Counted from the stretch's first letter, positions 11,250 to 25,544 are shown. The stretch: DNA of 64,000 nt from Octopus sinensis (GCF_006345805.1 NC_043001.1:60698001-60762000), one strand, 5' to 3'. Numbers and translations: made by a program. Notes: generated by a model from the letters alone, not told the origin.

Positions 11250-14200
11250 CGGATAGAGTCTCCCCATGTCCTGATTAATCTTACATCAAGTGATGATTTC
11301 ACTATAATAACACTGGTAATTGCGCAACCTGATAATCGCTACCTCATGTGAGTGGCAATGAAAAAATAAAATATTGTGAATAACGGTGGTAATGAAACTG
11401 AAGCCATTGACGGTGACAGTGTTGCACCCGGCAGGCTCAAATATTCTGGTCCGGCTCCAGCCTGTCGATATCCAGAAAGGGACCACCACACACTGCGTAG
11501 ATGGAGCAAGCAAATTAATGCTGTGGTCATGAAGTGTTACTACCTCAGTAACCCGGTAGATGAAAATGTTTCTCAAATAAGGGGTTACCGACTACGTATG
11601 TATGATCATTGGAGAGAAAAGGGATTGTTTCAACTCACAGAACAGAGACTATGTGATCAAGCTAAAGCAATAAGAAAATAATGTAGATACACAGACGTAG
11701 AGCTCGAAACTATCAAAAGACAGGTGTTGAAAAATAGCAGCAGAGATAACGATGCAAATTAAGTTCTTACTAATAAAAGTAATCTCATAGCACAGGAAAC
11801 GATCAGTGGTAGTTTACTTGATGAGAGACATATAGATGATCTGAAAGAAGACAATAAAACTAATGGCGACATGACAGATGAACAAAATGCAATCTATGAC
11901 AGAATAAAGGCAAGACTACAGGAGAACGATAGCGACATTATTTGCAACATTAAAAAGGTTGATCAGTGGAAATTAAACCAAGACGCAAGAAATGTCAAAT
12001 TCTGTAATACATTAAAACAAACAACATTACAGAAACAAATAATTTGATCAAGGTAGCAAGTATTGCTGTAGTAGAAAACGTGGGAGTTGATGTCAAGAAA
12101 AAGAAATGTAATGGGAGTGACAAAAAAAAAGATCCATAGGGGAAAAGAAGAATACATGCAGGTTTAGATATGCTATCGAAGGACATTTCTGTGTAACACC
12201 GAAAAGAGAAAGGGGAGCTTAAAAGCGAACAAAAGTACAGGACGCTGAAATGGAAGTATAATATTGAAAGAAAGGACCCGAACGTGGTAATAGAGAAACT
12301 GAAACAGCGCCTCGTTGCAAAGAAAGCAAAGATGGTAAGATACGACCAAACAATGAAACTTTCCCAGCAGAATAGTTTATTCAGAGTAAACCAGAAGAGA
12401 TTCTATAAAGAAATGAATGGAGAGTGCACATATGAAAAGTTGATACCAGATAACAATAGAAGTCAAAGGTTTTGGAGTGACATCTTTGGTTTTGAAACAC
12501 AAATAGGATGCTGAATGGCTGCAAGAACTGAAACAAATAGCTGTAAGCCCCGGGACCAGATGGAGTTCAAGGCTACAGGATCAAAGGTTTTAGTGAATGT
12601 CATGCAAGAATAGCTGCGCAACTCAATACCTTGTTAAATGCCGGCCTAGCAACACCAGAGTGGTTGACATTGGGTAGGACAGTGCTGTGCTTGAGAAACA
12701 TCGAGAAAGGCAATACGGTAGACAATTATAGGCCGATATCCTGTCTGCCACATATATGGAAATTATTGACTGGTATACTCGCAGAGTCAATATACGAACA
12801 TCTGGCAAAAAATGGAGTTCTGTCACATGAGCAGAAGGTTGAAAGCGTAAGTGCAGAGGTACCAAGGATCAAATCCTGATAGCCAAAACTGTACTTAGAG
12901 ATTACAAGAGGAGGAAAAGTAACTTAGCCATGTCATGGATCGACTATCGTAAGGTGTACGATATGATCCCACATTCTTGGATTATGGAATAGATGAGCCT
13001 ATTTGGTATTGCATCGACTGTTGAATCATTGCTAGGAAAAAGTATGGCCAATTGGAGGACGGACCTGACAGCATACGGAAGAAGTTTTAGGGACAATAGA
13101 AAGGAGGGGCATCTTCCAAGAGAACTGCTTTTCCCCACTAATCTTTGTACTGTGCTTGACTAACACTAATTCTGAGGAAAGCAAAAGCTGGGTATGTATT
13201 CAATAGCCGATAACAAAATGTCAACCATTTGTTATTCATGGATAACCTCAAACTTTATGGTAAAGATGAAGCCCCTTGTTGAAACGGTGTATAACTTCAG
13301 TGCTGATATCAGAATGGACTTAGGACTGAGAAAGTGTGGTGTGTTTATCTCGACGAGACGCAAAACCAAATGTATGCATAGGCTAACGTTACCGTCGGGG
13401 GAGGTTATGAAACAAATAGAAGAGACGGTTATAAGTACTTGGGGATTTTGGAAATGGATAAATTGATGGAGAAAGAAATGACAGAAAAATTTAAGGTAGA
13501 GTACTTGCGCAGACTGAGACTGATCCTTAAGTCGAAATTAAACGGAGGGAATAAGATTGAAGCTATCAACACCTGGGCGGTTTTACTCCTTAGATATGGA
13601 GCAGGGGTAATTGCATGGGCAGTACACGAATTAAACAGCTTAGATAGAAAGACAAGTAAGTTGCTAACTAGATATGGGACACTCCACCCAAAAAGTGACA
13701 CAGACAGACTGTATGTATCAAGAAAGAGAGGGGGAGAGGACTTATTTGATACGGACACAGCATTAGAGTAGAAGAAAGCAACATAGGATGTTACGTAAAA
13801 AATGCCACAGAACCGCTATTATTAGAAGTAAGAAGGTCAGGCTTGTGTAGGATGAAAGATTGCAAAGATAAAGCACTGTACAAGCAATTGAAAACGAATG
13901 AAACTTAAAATAGGTGGGTAAAGAAAAGAATGCATGCGCAATTTCATAGGAATGTTGTAGATAAGACAGACAGAAAAAAAAGACGGCTGTGGATGGCTGA
14001 AAATGATTGAAAACCGGAAACGGAGGCTCTAATTTGCGATGCCCAACAGCAAGCCCTAAGAACAATTTACATAAAATACAGGATAGACAACAAACCAGAA
14101 AGTGAAAAGTGCAGAAGTTGTGGACGAAATGATGAAACTTTATGGCATATTACTAGCCAATGTACGCCACTAGCCCAGAAGGAATATAAGAGACGCCACG

Positions 14201-14411
14201 ACAATATAGCAAGGCTTGTCCATTGGACACTTTGCAACAACTATGGACTTGACAGAGCAATTGGTACGACCACAAACCCGAAGGCATCATCGAAAATGAT
14301 AATGCAAAGATCCTGCGGGATTTTATGATTCAGTGCTATCAGAAGAAAGAGAATAGGAAGCCAGACATAGTCTTAATTGAGAAAGAAAGCAAAGTGTGCT
14401 GGATCATAGAT
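11250..14411 (+). mobile_element. R4/Dong-type non-LTR retrotransposon (RT + CCHC + restriction-like endonuclease), decayed
   Basis: LTEQRLCDQAKAIRK; [17 protein letters not shown]; NHLLFMDNLKLYG; YKYLGILE; LHPKSDTDRLYV; CRSCG..DETLWHITSQC..LAQKEYKRRHD; RKPDIVLIE. Begins right after (AAT)n at 11166-11240. Confidence 0.88.
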
Positions 14412-14424
14412 AGTAATCAAAGTT

Positions 14425-14610
14425 TTGTGGCAGGAAATTCATCACAATATATTTCAAAAATGTAGAAATTGTATTCATCAAAGCAAGTGCCATTTTGGCA
14501 ACAAGTTACAAGTCTGTATATTCTGGTAACATAAAAATCTGGATTTCTGGAGCTCATGAACTCTTTGAACGCACTTTCAGCATCGGTTTGATTATTGAAC
14601 TCTTACTGTG
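14425..14610 (-). mobile_element. Mariner transposase C-terminal fragment
   Basis: FNNQTDAESAFKEFMSSRNPDFYVTRI resembles the end of Hsmar1-type mariner transposases. Confidence 0.6.
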
Positions 14611-15064
14611 GCTTCAGTGCTCTCTCTTGGATATGTGACCAGATTGTGTTATCGGTGTTTAATGTTGTAAGATTGGTGGTGTATGTGTAGTCTGCATTGT
14701 AATTTGTGTTGGTGTCCGAGGTGGTACTGGTAGTGAAGGTGTTGTTGTTGGTTATGCGTGCGTGTTGCTGCTGTTGGGACGTTCAGCTTCTTTACTCATC
14801 TTTCTAACGTCTCTTTAGTATTTTTCCTTATTTGTGGTGTGTGTGCACTGTGTGGCATTCTCCCCTCTTGACCTCAGCACTCGAGTTGTTTGGGTCGAGA
14901 AAAGCAATGTATTGCGAATCTTTGCTGAATGTATTTTGTGCGGGGCTTCATCTGTTGCTGCTGCTGTTGCCAGTTGTGGTACTCCTTTGGATGTTGAGCT
15001 CATTTCTGCTGCTGGTGGTTGTGGTGTTGGTGGTGATACTCCAGCTGTTGCTGGTGGTGATTTG

Positions 15065-15214
<150 letters not shown>

Positions 15215-15289
15215 ATAATATAGTCGAGTAGTAGTAGTAGTAGTAGTAGGAAGAGGAGGAGGAGGTGCAGCAGCAGCAGCAGTAGTTGT

Positions 15290-15645
15290 AGATAAAGAGA
15301 ATAGATTGTGACAGATAATTGACTTTACAGTCCAAATGACGAAAAAATTATTTTATGACGGGTAGAGAAAAAGTACCGGGACCTAGGCATTGAATTATAG
15401 ATACTGTGAAAAGTGCGGATAAAATATATTCCAGTAGCCATAGGTGCATTAGGAACTATCCATAATGATTTGAACAGATGGATACAGGAAATTGGCATAA
15501 AAGCCAATTTAATACAGCTCCAGAAAGCAGTAATGTTACGGATAGATAAGATACTTAGGTGGATTCTTGACATCTAAGGTTGCTTGTTGTAGCCCAATCT
15601 TAAGAATTTTTCTTTTGCAACAGTCTAATCATTTGTGTGCATATG
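15290..15645 (+). mobile_element. R4/Dong-type LINE 3' fragment (endonuclease C-terminus + 3' UTR) ending in (AAT)n
   Basis: VVVDKEN...IIDF...EKKYRDL...YIPVAIGALGTI...LQKAVML...ILRWILDI*. Confidence 0.8.
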
Positions 15646-15685
15646 AATAATAATAATGATAAAGATAATAATAATAATAATAATG

Positions 15686-15745
<60 letters not shown>

Positions 15746-15748
<3 letters not shown>

Positions 15749-15878
15749 GCCCTGATGCAGTACCAATGCCCTGATGCAGTACCAATGCCCTGATGCAGTA
15801 CCAATGCCCTGATGCAGTACCAATGCCCTGATGCAGTACCAATGCCCTGATGCAGTACCAATGCCCTGATGCAGTACC
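15746..15878. repeat. Perfect 19-bp tandem repeat x7 (AATGCCCTGATGCAGTACC)
   Basis: Seven contiguous identical units at the terminus of the element below; no spacers. Confidence 0.97.
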
Positions 15879-16416
15879 AGGCAGAGGCTCTCATGGCTTC
15901 TGATCTAAACTGATTGGAAGTGTTATCATGTACATTGTTTTGTCTTGGTATAAAAGATGGGCTACAGCAAATATTCTGCTCAATACCACAGATTTGCTTG
16001 TCAGTTGTTTGACCTTAACCAGTTGAGCATGTCCCATAGTGGCTGACGATATGTGCATCTCTGATCACGAGCAGAAGTAGTGGGGGAGCATCATAGCTAT
16101 GTGTTGAGAGGGATTCTTTGGGATTTGAATAGTTCACCTCTGGAAACATGGGTGGTTCTTTCAACATCCTTAAACAACCTTTATTCAGGGACCGTTTGAG
16201 CGGGATGGGCTACTCAACCTGAAGAAAATTCTAACTGGGCCCCACCTGCAAGGTCATGTGCTGTTTATCTTGATATGAGATCACCATGTCGCGCACATAT
16301 GGTTGTGATGCATGTGCCTGGTGTACCTTTATCAGACGGGTAGTCATGATGGGTATATTGGGCTTCGTATACTTTACCCCAGTGTCACTTTGATGGCATG
16401 AACTGCTCTCTCACTC
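15746..16416. mobile_element. Non-coding interspersed element (about 0.55 kb plus terminal tandem) embedded in (AAT)n
   Basis: (AAT)n on both sides (15647-15745, 16417-16575); a diverged second copy at 2265-2392; no long ORF. Confidence 0.7.
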
Positions 16417-16456
16417 AATAATAATAATAATAATAACAATAACAATACCAATAATA

Positions 16457-16563
<107 letters not shown>

Positions 16564-16579
16564 GTGATGATAATAACGA

Positions 16580-18740
16580 TATCATTTATTTGCCACCAGG
16601 GCAAAGGATGAGGTGGACAATACAGAGACGTATATAAAGTGTTGTTGAAATGGTAAAATATATAAAGAAGTAACCAAAAAACGGAAGGAAAAGGAATTCA
16701 ATGAAAAGAAGAGTATAGAATGAAAAGGAAGGAATATATATATATAGTATACTAAGATTTTTAAAAGGTGGCGATATCAGCTCTCCTGATATACGATGAC
16801 CTCTGGAGATAATCGAGGGACCCCACAGTTCGAGATTTCCCAGAACACCAGGAGACAGTGCCTTCTACTATTCCTTCCCTCCGACTCACAGATCTAGACT
16901 AAGGGAGGTACGATCCACTCTTGCCATTTTCGCAACTTTCACCTACCTTTCAATATACTCACTCGAGGACAGCCCTTCCCTCTTCACCCCCATCTTCTTT
17001 TTCAAGTGAAACTTGAAGAAGTCAATGAGACCTCTAACAAAGAGGAATGTCTCTGTTCTGATGCCTTTCAACCTTGTCCACCAAAAACAAACCTCTATTG
17101 CCACATCTACCAGGCAAAGGAAAACTGCCTTGCTTGAAGTAGAGCGGCGGAGCAATCATCACTGCGGACTCGGCCGATAGACGGATCTGTTCCGCACGTG
17201 ACAGCAGCTGTTCGACATAACCCCACAAGTCAGCAATGCCTGGACACTGAACAGGGGCATGCAGAACGGTTTCGTCACTCTGCGCGTACCTCGCATAAGC
17301 TCGTCTCACAGCACATCCGTGCCTGTAGAGTTTTTTTTTTTCGGACTGGTAGCGCTCCCCGGTAGCACTGCCAGGCCAAGGACCTCTGAAAATTATCCAT
17401 GCTAGTTCCCGACCGGAATTTTCTCCAGAACCTACTAGGCAGTTCGTTTTCGTTGGCGTCCAGAGTCTCCCTGAGAACGTCATCGCACTTGCCCGCCACT
17501 AACCCTTTATTAATTTCTTAAGCGGTACATCCACAAATCCCATTCCCGGACTGATAGATGAGCGCCTGACAACATTCTAAGTGCCTGGTGCTCAAGCTCG
17601 GTCTTTTCTACACCCAGGACTGCAACTCCCTCAAGGAGATGCGATGCGGAAAGACGAGCCTCTCAAACACACGCTCACCGTCCAGCAGGTGGTGTAACCT
17701 AAGAGGGTGTCTGCGCATTAAGAGCCACGGCATATCTAATCCGCCATTCAGTGGATGCTGGTAACATACTGACCGCCTGATTATTGGAATGCGTCCCTTC
17801 CACAAGAATCTAAATAGGAGGCGCTCCAACCTGCTCAAGCAGTAACGGGGACAAGGCACGACGGTCAGACGATAGATGATAACGGGGGCAATCTATGCAT
17901 TCGCCACTTCTGGACTTTCGGGGACAGCTATCTCTAAACCTATTTCTGGGTAAGAATCTCCACCCTGTTCGTCACCTCGTTCCAGTTCTTATCTACCTGG
18001 AGGTCGGGACCAAGCGAGACCCCGAGCAGTTTAACTGACCCGTCGGTCCAGAGTCCGACGACACAGTCTGGTGGCTTCGACCTTCCACTCCCGGCGCCCA
18101 ACCGCAAACCACTGATTTGTTGGCATGGATTTTAGCCCTTACAGCCGACCCATATACCTTTATAACGGTCCGACCGTCTCCACTTCGGAGGTGTCCAACA
18201 CCATAACCGTGAACGCGTCCGCGTATGCCGACACTGCCTTTCCGTGTCGCAGTTTGAAACGGATGCCTTTAACTGTTCCAACTTTCACAGCAGTGGATCG
18301 AGTGCCAATACTTGCAGAAGAGGTGACAGCAAGCAGCTGTTCTCGAGTGTGCGATGCCAACGGTTCCGATAGGCGATTATTTACTTCGACCACTGAACAG
18401 GTGCAGCAGTGCAGCTATCCAGGCTCTGTAGACGGATCCGAAACCGCCTGGTTTCAGGACGGCTTCCAAGTAGCGATGGTAGACACTATCGAAAGCTTTC
18501 GATTGGTGCAATTGATCAGAGAACCCCGAAGCCAACAGACGAATGCTGGCAGAAGAGGTTTGTTGCATTATGCACATCTTGGACAAGTTATTCTAATAGC
18601 ATTTCCGATCTGTGGAGTTTGTTTCGAACAGGCAGTGGAGCCAGTTAGCATTCCCAGAGATTTCTGGAAATTTTCCATAGACCATGGAACGAGAATTTTC
18701 CAAAAGAGTCTGATAATTACATTCTTGTCAACGACCTAGA
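16580..18740 (-). mobile_element. Tx1-group LINE, decayed 3' half with (ATT)n tail
   Basis: QSKAFDSVYHRYL; VSAYADA; YRLTVVPCP; DNFQRSLAWQCYRGALPVR; ETVLHAPVQCP; AATAAA near 16590. Confidence 0.88.
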
Positions 18741-21190
18741 TTTCAACGAGGACGTCATCGTTTTCGCCTTCCATTAGTCTCCTATATAATACCAGAGGGG
18801 AACTTCTATTGGCGACCTTGCACTATTAGTAAAGAGCTGTAAGAGTCTACAACTTTATTAACGAGATGAGCTGACTCAGCGCATGTTTCCATGTTCAGCT
18901 ACGGCATGCAGAGCCTTTCTTACAACGGTTATTGACAGCTAATGACCGCTTGACAAATGAAAGAACAGCAGATCCCGTCTGGTTAAGAGCGAACTGGGGC
19001 ATGGCGCGATGATCTGGGGATAATATATGGCGGAGGTGTTATACACGTTCGCCACTTCAGTCCGACTTTTCAGGGATAGGTTCTTTTTGGCTCATTGTTG
19101 AGTGAGATTCACCTACCAACTGAATACCCATGTTCCAGTTCTCATCCATATGGGGACTTGGACAAAGCTAGACACCGAGCAACTTCACTGGTCCATCCGT
19201 ATGTTCTACGTCTCCCAACGCTGTGGAATGACATGGTTTTGCCTCTCCAGGTAGTTCAAATCTCACCGAATTATCCGGAATACGTCTTTTTTTCCGTAAG
19301 CATTTTACGTTCCTCTAATTTGTTAGCGACCACTTCGACATCCGAGTTTCTCGACACCATCATGGCGACGTCATCCGCATATGTAAACACAGCACTTCCG
19401 AGTCCTGGCTTCAGTTGGATGCACTTCAATAGCTATATCTTCCGCAGTAATGGTTCGAGAGTCAGTACGTGAAGAAGGGAGGACAGAGGGCATCAATGAC
19501 GGGCCGGACCAAACACATGATCTGAAACGTTCCGATAGGTGACGATTAACTCTGATAACTGAGTAGATGCTGCTATGCATTGAAGTCATCTAGCAGCTGC
19601 AACTGGACCGAAACCGGGTGCTTTGAAAGAAGCCTCCAAGTAACGATGGTCGACCCCATCTAAAGATTTCGATTAGTGTAAATTGATCAGAGCCCCATCA
19701 AAACAAGGTTTACTTTCTACCCTCATAGAGTGGGTAAGGAGTAATTTCCGCGTTGGTGTTGAAAAGTCATCAGTTCTGTTGCTAGTTCCAGTAGACAGCT
19801 GCGAAATCCTTCAGTGAAGAAACCCTGTATATCTGCATCAGTCTCGTAGGATAGACCATTCAAACATTGTGATTCCTGACATGTACAGCCACTCTCGGTT
19901 TGCCATATCTTGGCTTTGGCTTCTGTAATCAAATTTTTGTAGCCTTTTACATCAATCACCGACAGCCGCAGTAGACCGTCGTGGTAGGTACATAAGTCTG
20001 CCACCATCTTCGACTCTCCCCTTGCACTGAACAGTCGTGCGAAGTATTGCTAGAAAGCTGCACACAACGTCCTGGATTCGAGTAGAAGGCACCCCTCATG
20101 GTCAGTCAAGGACAGAATATGTTGTTGGTGCCGCGTTACACTTCGTTACACTATCGAACAGCTTTCGTTCCATTGGGTCTTACCCTGCATGCCTTAACTC
20201 TGACAATTCAAACATCGTGTTCGAAATTGAGAAAACATTCTAGTGTCATTCTCGTACCTAGCACATATACTGCAATGCCACTCTCTAATCGCCTCATCTA
20301 ATTTAGCTAACTACACTCTGTTCCATTTTTCAATTGTTACTTCTTTACTAAAGGTTTTTAATTCTTCTCTAATCGCTTTCTGTAGAGCCCCTTCTTCCAC
20401 CTGTTGTTGTCTACTGCGCATGTTAACTGTTGCTTAACAAATATGTTAATCTAGTCTTTGTAGTTTTTATTCTCCAGGAATGACGCGTTAAGCTTCCAGT
20501 AACTGGAGCCATTTCTCTGTGTTCTATCGCTACAAATGGCAAATTTGTAGACTGACTAGGTAACCGTCTGTAGATCCTAGGCGATTGCGCCATGTCCACA
20601 TAGGACATTCGGGAAATCTTGGCGGGACTTAGCATACATCAATTTTTGGAGTGTTTTGTCCCACTTCTCCTTTCACTTTCTCCCACAAAGTACTAGCGTT
20701 CGTTTAAGATGGAATTCCAGTTACCAGTTATTTGTAAAATGTGAGATATTCCGAGAAAAGCTTTTTGGTATCAGAAGAAATGTGGCTACCAGTCTAAATA
20801 CATCAACTTCACTATTTCTGACATCCAGAACCACCAACACACCGTCCATATCAAAGTTGATCGTCCGTACCTTCAGGTTCAAGGATTTTCTAAACAGCAT
20901 TGCCGCTTCGCCTCCTATTGTAGACCAATTAAAATATGCTTGCATCTCTAAGTGGTCAAAAATGGGGGCCAGTAAGCGTGTGCAGGAAATCTTGGTCTCA
21001 TTGACGTTTGCCACTTCTATGGCTAGAGACCTAGGATCCTTGAGCAAGCTAACTTCCTTCAAGGACGACTTCATGCCATATTCATTTATAGAGCTTATTC
21101 TAAAAGTCGCCCTTTTGGATGGAGAAAGGTGAGTCTTCCTGTCTGATTGGCGTTCCATATATTTCAGATACTGTTTATGCATAGAATTTT
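18740..21190 (-). mobile_element. Tx1-group LINE ORF2, older copy with internal deletions
   Basis: APE region FRISSINEYG...NETKIS...LFRKSLNLKVRTI...VLVVLDV; later SKSLDGVDHRYL and VSAYADD; directly abuts the previous copy. Confidence 0.8.
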
Positions 21191-21287
21191 AAAACTATTT
21201 TGAATTATTTATAACTTGTTATTTACGTTAATTGTCATTTTGCATTCACAGTGAGATCATAACATGTAATTGATAGAATTTTTTTTG

Positions 21288-22020
21288 TGAGAGGTCTGAT
21301 CAATAAGTATCCGTGCCTTGCCAAAGTAACGAAGTTAAAACAGACATAGAGAAGCCGCTTGCCAAAGATTGACCTTGAACTCTGCTCTGCATGCGCACTA
21401 TGTTTTAACGTTCTAGCTCTAACATTCTAGCAGTGATGGTAAGGAAGGTGTATAGCGTGTGATCGTTGAATTAACCATGACAGAGAAAGTTGTGATGGCA
21501 ATATCTACTCAGAGGCCTACGCATTGTTGCGGAAAATGTATGGAGAGGAGTGCATGAGCCTCATACAAGTATATGAGTGGATCAGATGTTTCCAAGATGG
21601 CTGAAAAATGTCGATAGTGACGAATGTTTTGGGAGACGTGCAACCAGTATAACTGAGAAAGATATCGCAGATGTGCGTACAGCTATGAAAAGAAATCGTT
21701 GAACCACCATCCGTGAGTTATCAGAGCATGTGCAGATTAGTTACGGTTCAGTTACGGTTATCAGAGCATGTGCAGAATAGTTACGGTTCAGTTCAGTTCA
21801 GTCCGTTATCACGGAAGATTATGGTTTGAGTCGTGTGTCCGCCAACTTTGTGTCAAAACTGCTTTCAGCTGACCAAAAAGACACTCGGGTTTCAGTTGTA
21901 CTAGATCTCCTTGGTTGTGTCGAAAATGACAAAAATATTTTGTAAACTTTGCTTAGGCTTCTGAGCAGGTATCACCAAGGTTTTGACAAAACTTTTGATA
22001 CAGATTCTCGGTTCAACTTT
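21288..22020 (+). mobile_element. Mariner deletion derivative (5' TIR + transposase N-terminus)
   Basis: GAGGTCTGATCAATAAGTATCCG TIR-like end; VSANFVSKLLSADQKDTRV; internal tandem duplication near 21715-21800; homologous to 44330-45012. Confidence 0.75.
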
Positions 22021-23269
22021 CTCTGTCATGTTCAATGCGATGATCACACCTTGTACTTCAAATAATTTAAATATACCATCGATTAAACATTTCCAATTTT
22101 GTCGGTATTTCTACGCAAATCCATGATTCATTTCATATAACATCAAAATTTCTAAACAATTTATCGAGAAGATTATGTATGAATTTAACGAGTTATTTAA
22201 ACTAAATGCCATAAAATGTTGAAAGAGGCACAGTTAAAATAAATGATAGTGAATAGAAAAAAATATGGAATGAAAATGCTTTTCGTAAAAATATTTGTGC
22301 TTATTTTAAACTAATTATTTTCTCATTTAGTCTACAGTATATTGCACTTGCAAGCAAAATATCATTTTTATGGCATATATTACCTTTTCTCTTTATTTTG
22401 TGGAAATGAGTATAAAACATGAAGCAACATCTGGTTCTTGAAGTTGAAATCATTTTCTTTCTTAAACTTTTTGCTGTTACTTGGACACATTCACTTAGCC
22501 AACATTGCGGCAAATAAATGTAGTTTATGTAGTATTTTTAAAAATTAAAAGTGAAGTTTGAAAAAGATGGTTGGAAATATACATATAAAGATAAATAGAA
22601 ACTTGCGATTTAAAAAAATTAAATAGATAAAGACCTCTTACATCAAGAAATGCATTGAAGGAAATAGGGAAAATAGGTTGTTTATAAAAGAAACTTAGGA
22701 AATGAAAAGGCAACTCATGAAAGGCAATCCTATAATCATTCGACAAAGGAATTCTTTAAATTCAGTTATTTTATAAAGCCTACTCAAAATTCTATCTCCA
22801 TGATGCATAGGGCATTTAAGATATACTGAATTCTGCATTATCTATGATGTTTACACCCTAAAGTAATTTCAAACTATATTCTTTGAAATTGGCGCAGCTT
22901 TATCTTCAGCAATACAGTAAGCTCTTTACTATTGTTAGATACACACAATAAGCTAGTAAGAACAAAATGTTTAATTCTTTGAACTAATACATTCGGCAGA
23001 TAACAATGCATTTTTATCCAACCAAGTGACTGTTTAATTTTACTACGAGCAATCTATTTTCAATCATTTATTTTCATGGGGTTACATTTTGAAATACTGA
23101 ATTATGTTTCAGCCAACCACCACTACCATCCCCCCACAAAGCACACATTCACGCGCGCACGCCTACACACTCACACACACATACACAAACACGCACATAT
23201 TTCTTATATATAAAACTCCGTCACTTTGTTAACTAGGTTAACTGTTGTCCTAATAGTTTACTAGTCAGA

Positions 23270-23830
23270 ATACATCCGGGCTCGGATTTTTTTTTACTCT
23301 GTCATCTTCCCATTGTTTTGGTTGCCTCCCGTGATCTTACTTCTGATCTTATCAGTTTTGAAATTTAGGTTGATAGATTCGGCTGACTGTATTCTCTTCG
23401 TAGATAGCCATTCAATTGTAAGCCTTTCTAACGTTTTTTTTTTCTGTTGTCTGTGGCCCTTTCCATGTCCAATGCCTAGCAAATTTGACTATAATAGTAA
23501 TAAAGCAATTCAATTCTCCACTTGTGCCTTCTCAAATCAAGAGCATCCATGTTAACTGCATATGCTTACATTATACGATATAAAATGGATTCTAGACTTC
23601 CAAACAGCTTATTGAGCAAGTACAACCTGGAATTCTACTGAGGTACCGGTCGATTGTGCAGGGGTGGACTTCATCCTTATCTCTCAGCGATCCTTTAACA
23701 TTGTCCATTATTCTGTCATTCTCTCTATGGAATGATCCGCTGTTGATGTTTAATTGGTTTACAAGACGTCTCATACATAGTAGTATCATAACAAACTGCT
23801 GGCAGATAATGCCTCCACAGCTATCCGTCT
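23270..23830 (-). mobile_element. Highly decayed RTE-like LINE 3' coding fragment
   Basis: Weak motif order only: ILLC..., SLRDK, GHGKG, RSKITGGNQ..W, resembling the RTE C-terminus LLY.CETW...GH..R...RGR...W.D. Confidence 0.35.
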
Positions 23831-25469
23831 AGTTTCCTGCTTTAATCAGGTTATATGACCATTTCTTTCAGAAATTTCCTGATTTCGTTTGTGATACATA
23901 TTACATATTCCTAGCTGTATGACTGATGCAAGTGAAGCTGTTGATCTTTTTGTTTTAGTTTACTGAGAACGGCATCATTTCAGGGTGGACGATATCATTC
24001 ATACACTTTTAGATCTGTTTGTCCACTAAGTCCATGTATTGTCCACCCATTTTTTTTTTTTTGATACGATGAAAGAAGTATTCTTTTTTGCATTTGCCAT
24101 TGTTAGTGTTGCTGATTTTCTTATTTGTACTATTGACGCGGTCTTCATTATTGATTCTCTTGCTTTTCATTCTGCTTCCATATCTATGATGTTGGTGTTT
24201 CCTATGAGGTTAGTTGCTTTGTTTTAGTGGAAGAGTAGTTAATTGTGGCAGAAGAGTTAATTATTGTTTCTGGTATTGTTGTTTTCTTAAGTGTTAATGT
24301 TATCGCTGTCGATACTTTCGTTGTTCGCGTATTGCTATTATTACATTTGTTATTGGGTTTGTTCGAAGTTCATGTTGGAAGCAATGGCAGCTAATTATAA
24401 TTACTATAGACACAGTTACCTGCTAAATATCTAACTCCATTAGAGAAAAATATCTTGAAATATTATGGTCGCATTTACCATACACCAGCCAAAATCTTAC
24501 ATTGAAAGACTGTTCTTCCCACGATTACAGGAAAGTCTTTTTGAAGTTGGAATTCTATTATACAATATACATTCATGTACTATACATATGAATGTATATA
24601 ATAAATAAACTAATACAATTAGCTATGTAACACGGACTTTGAAGAAACTAAGAAGCATAAACTAAACTGTAAAGTGAAAGATGGTCACGGAAACAGCTAA
24701 ATGAAGAGAGGATACTGTAAAAAGTTAGAAATATAAAATGGGTCTACAGAAAGGCCCTTGGGACGATTTCAAGAAAAAACTTTACATTCTCATAGTTTCA
24801 TAGTCTCATAGTCTCGATGATAAGAAAATGTTTGAATGAGGAGAAAACTAAATAACTTGGACAATAGAAGGATGCATAATTGCGGCGTATAATCGGAATA
24901 CCGGCGCGAAAATTGGGTAAGGAAGCTCAATACATGAAAAATGCCGTACATGAATGGTAACTAACTGTCCGGTGCAATATAGCGAACACACAGAAACTAC
25001 AAATGTGGTAACTCCAAACAAGTAACCACTTTCTATACGCTACAGAGAGAACGAAAGAGTATCAAATACGAAGCACAGGCAAATCAACATTAACGACAGC
25101 CATAGCAAGCTTTTGCATTGCAAATCCGATAATATCTGAGCAACGACAAGTCTACATCGGGTAATATAGATGATATTTTTCGGTGGATTGTTCATGAATT
25201 GGGTGAATCGAAAACATTCAATAATGTGGGCCTTTGGTTAATTTTAGTGCAGCCAGTTCCTACCCACTTGTTAGAGTTTGGATTGCGCATTAGTGCACCG
25301 ACATATGCTTTTGGTAATAAAAGCACTATATCTCCGAATCGTCTACATTCTAAGTACAGCGATGTCTTGTAAGTGTATCAATTGTGCTATTGATAGTCAT
25401 CTCGTATGTAACGAAGGGCAACCCATCAGTGTGTAATTGAGTAAAAGTCCGGATATTTATATGTATATA

Positions 25470-25544
<75 letters not shown>

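Noticed and set aside
11240-11340. HDV-like ribozyme at the R4/Dong 5' end
   Set aside because: Plausible for the clade, but I could not fit P1, P2 and P3 by eye; needs a descriptor search.
14640-15060. Low-complexity GT-rich stretch as a Tx1 ORF1 remnant
   Set aside because: Only compositional resemblance to the 9.1-10.1 kb linker; no alignable motif.
15746-15878. 19-bp repeat array as CRISPR
   Set aside because: Units are contiguous with no spacers, there are no cas genes, and the context is eukaryotic.
24750-25420. Slightly GC-richer unique segment as a coding remnant
   Set aside because: All frames are interrupted and no motif is recognisable.
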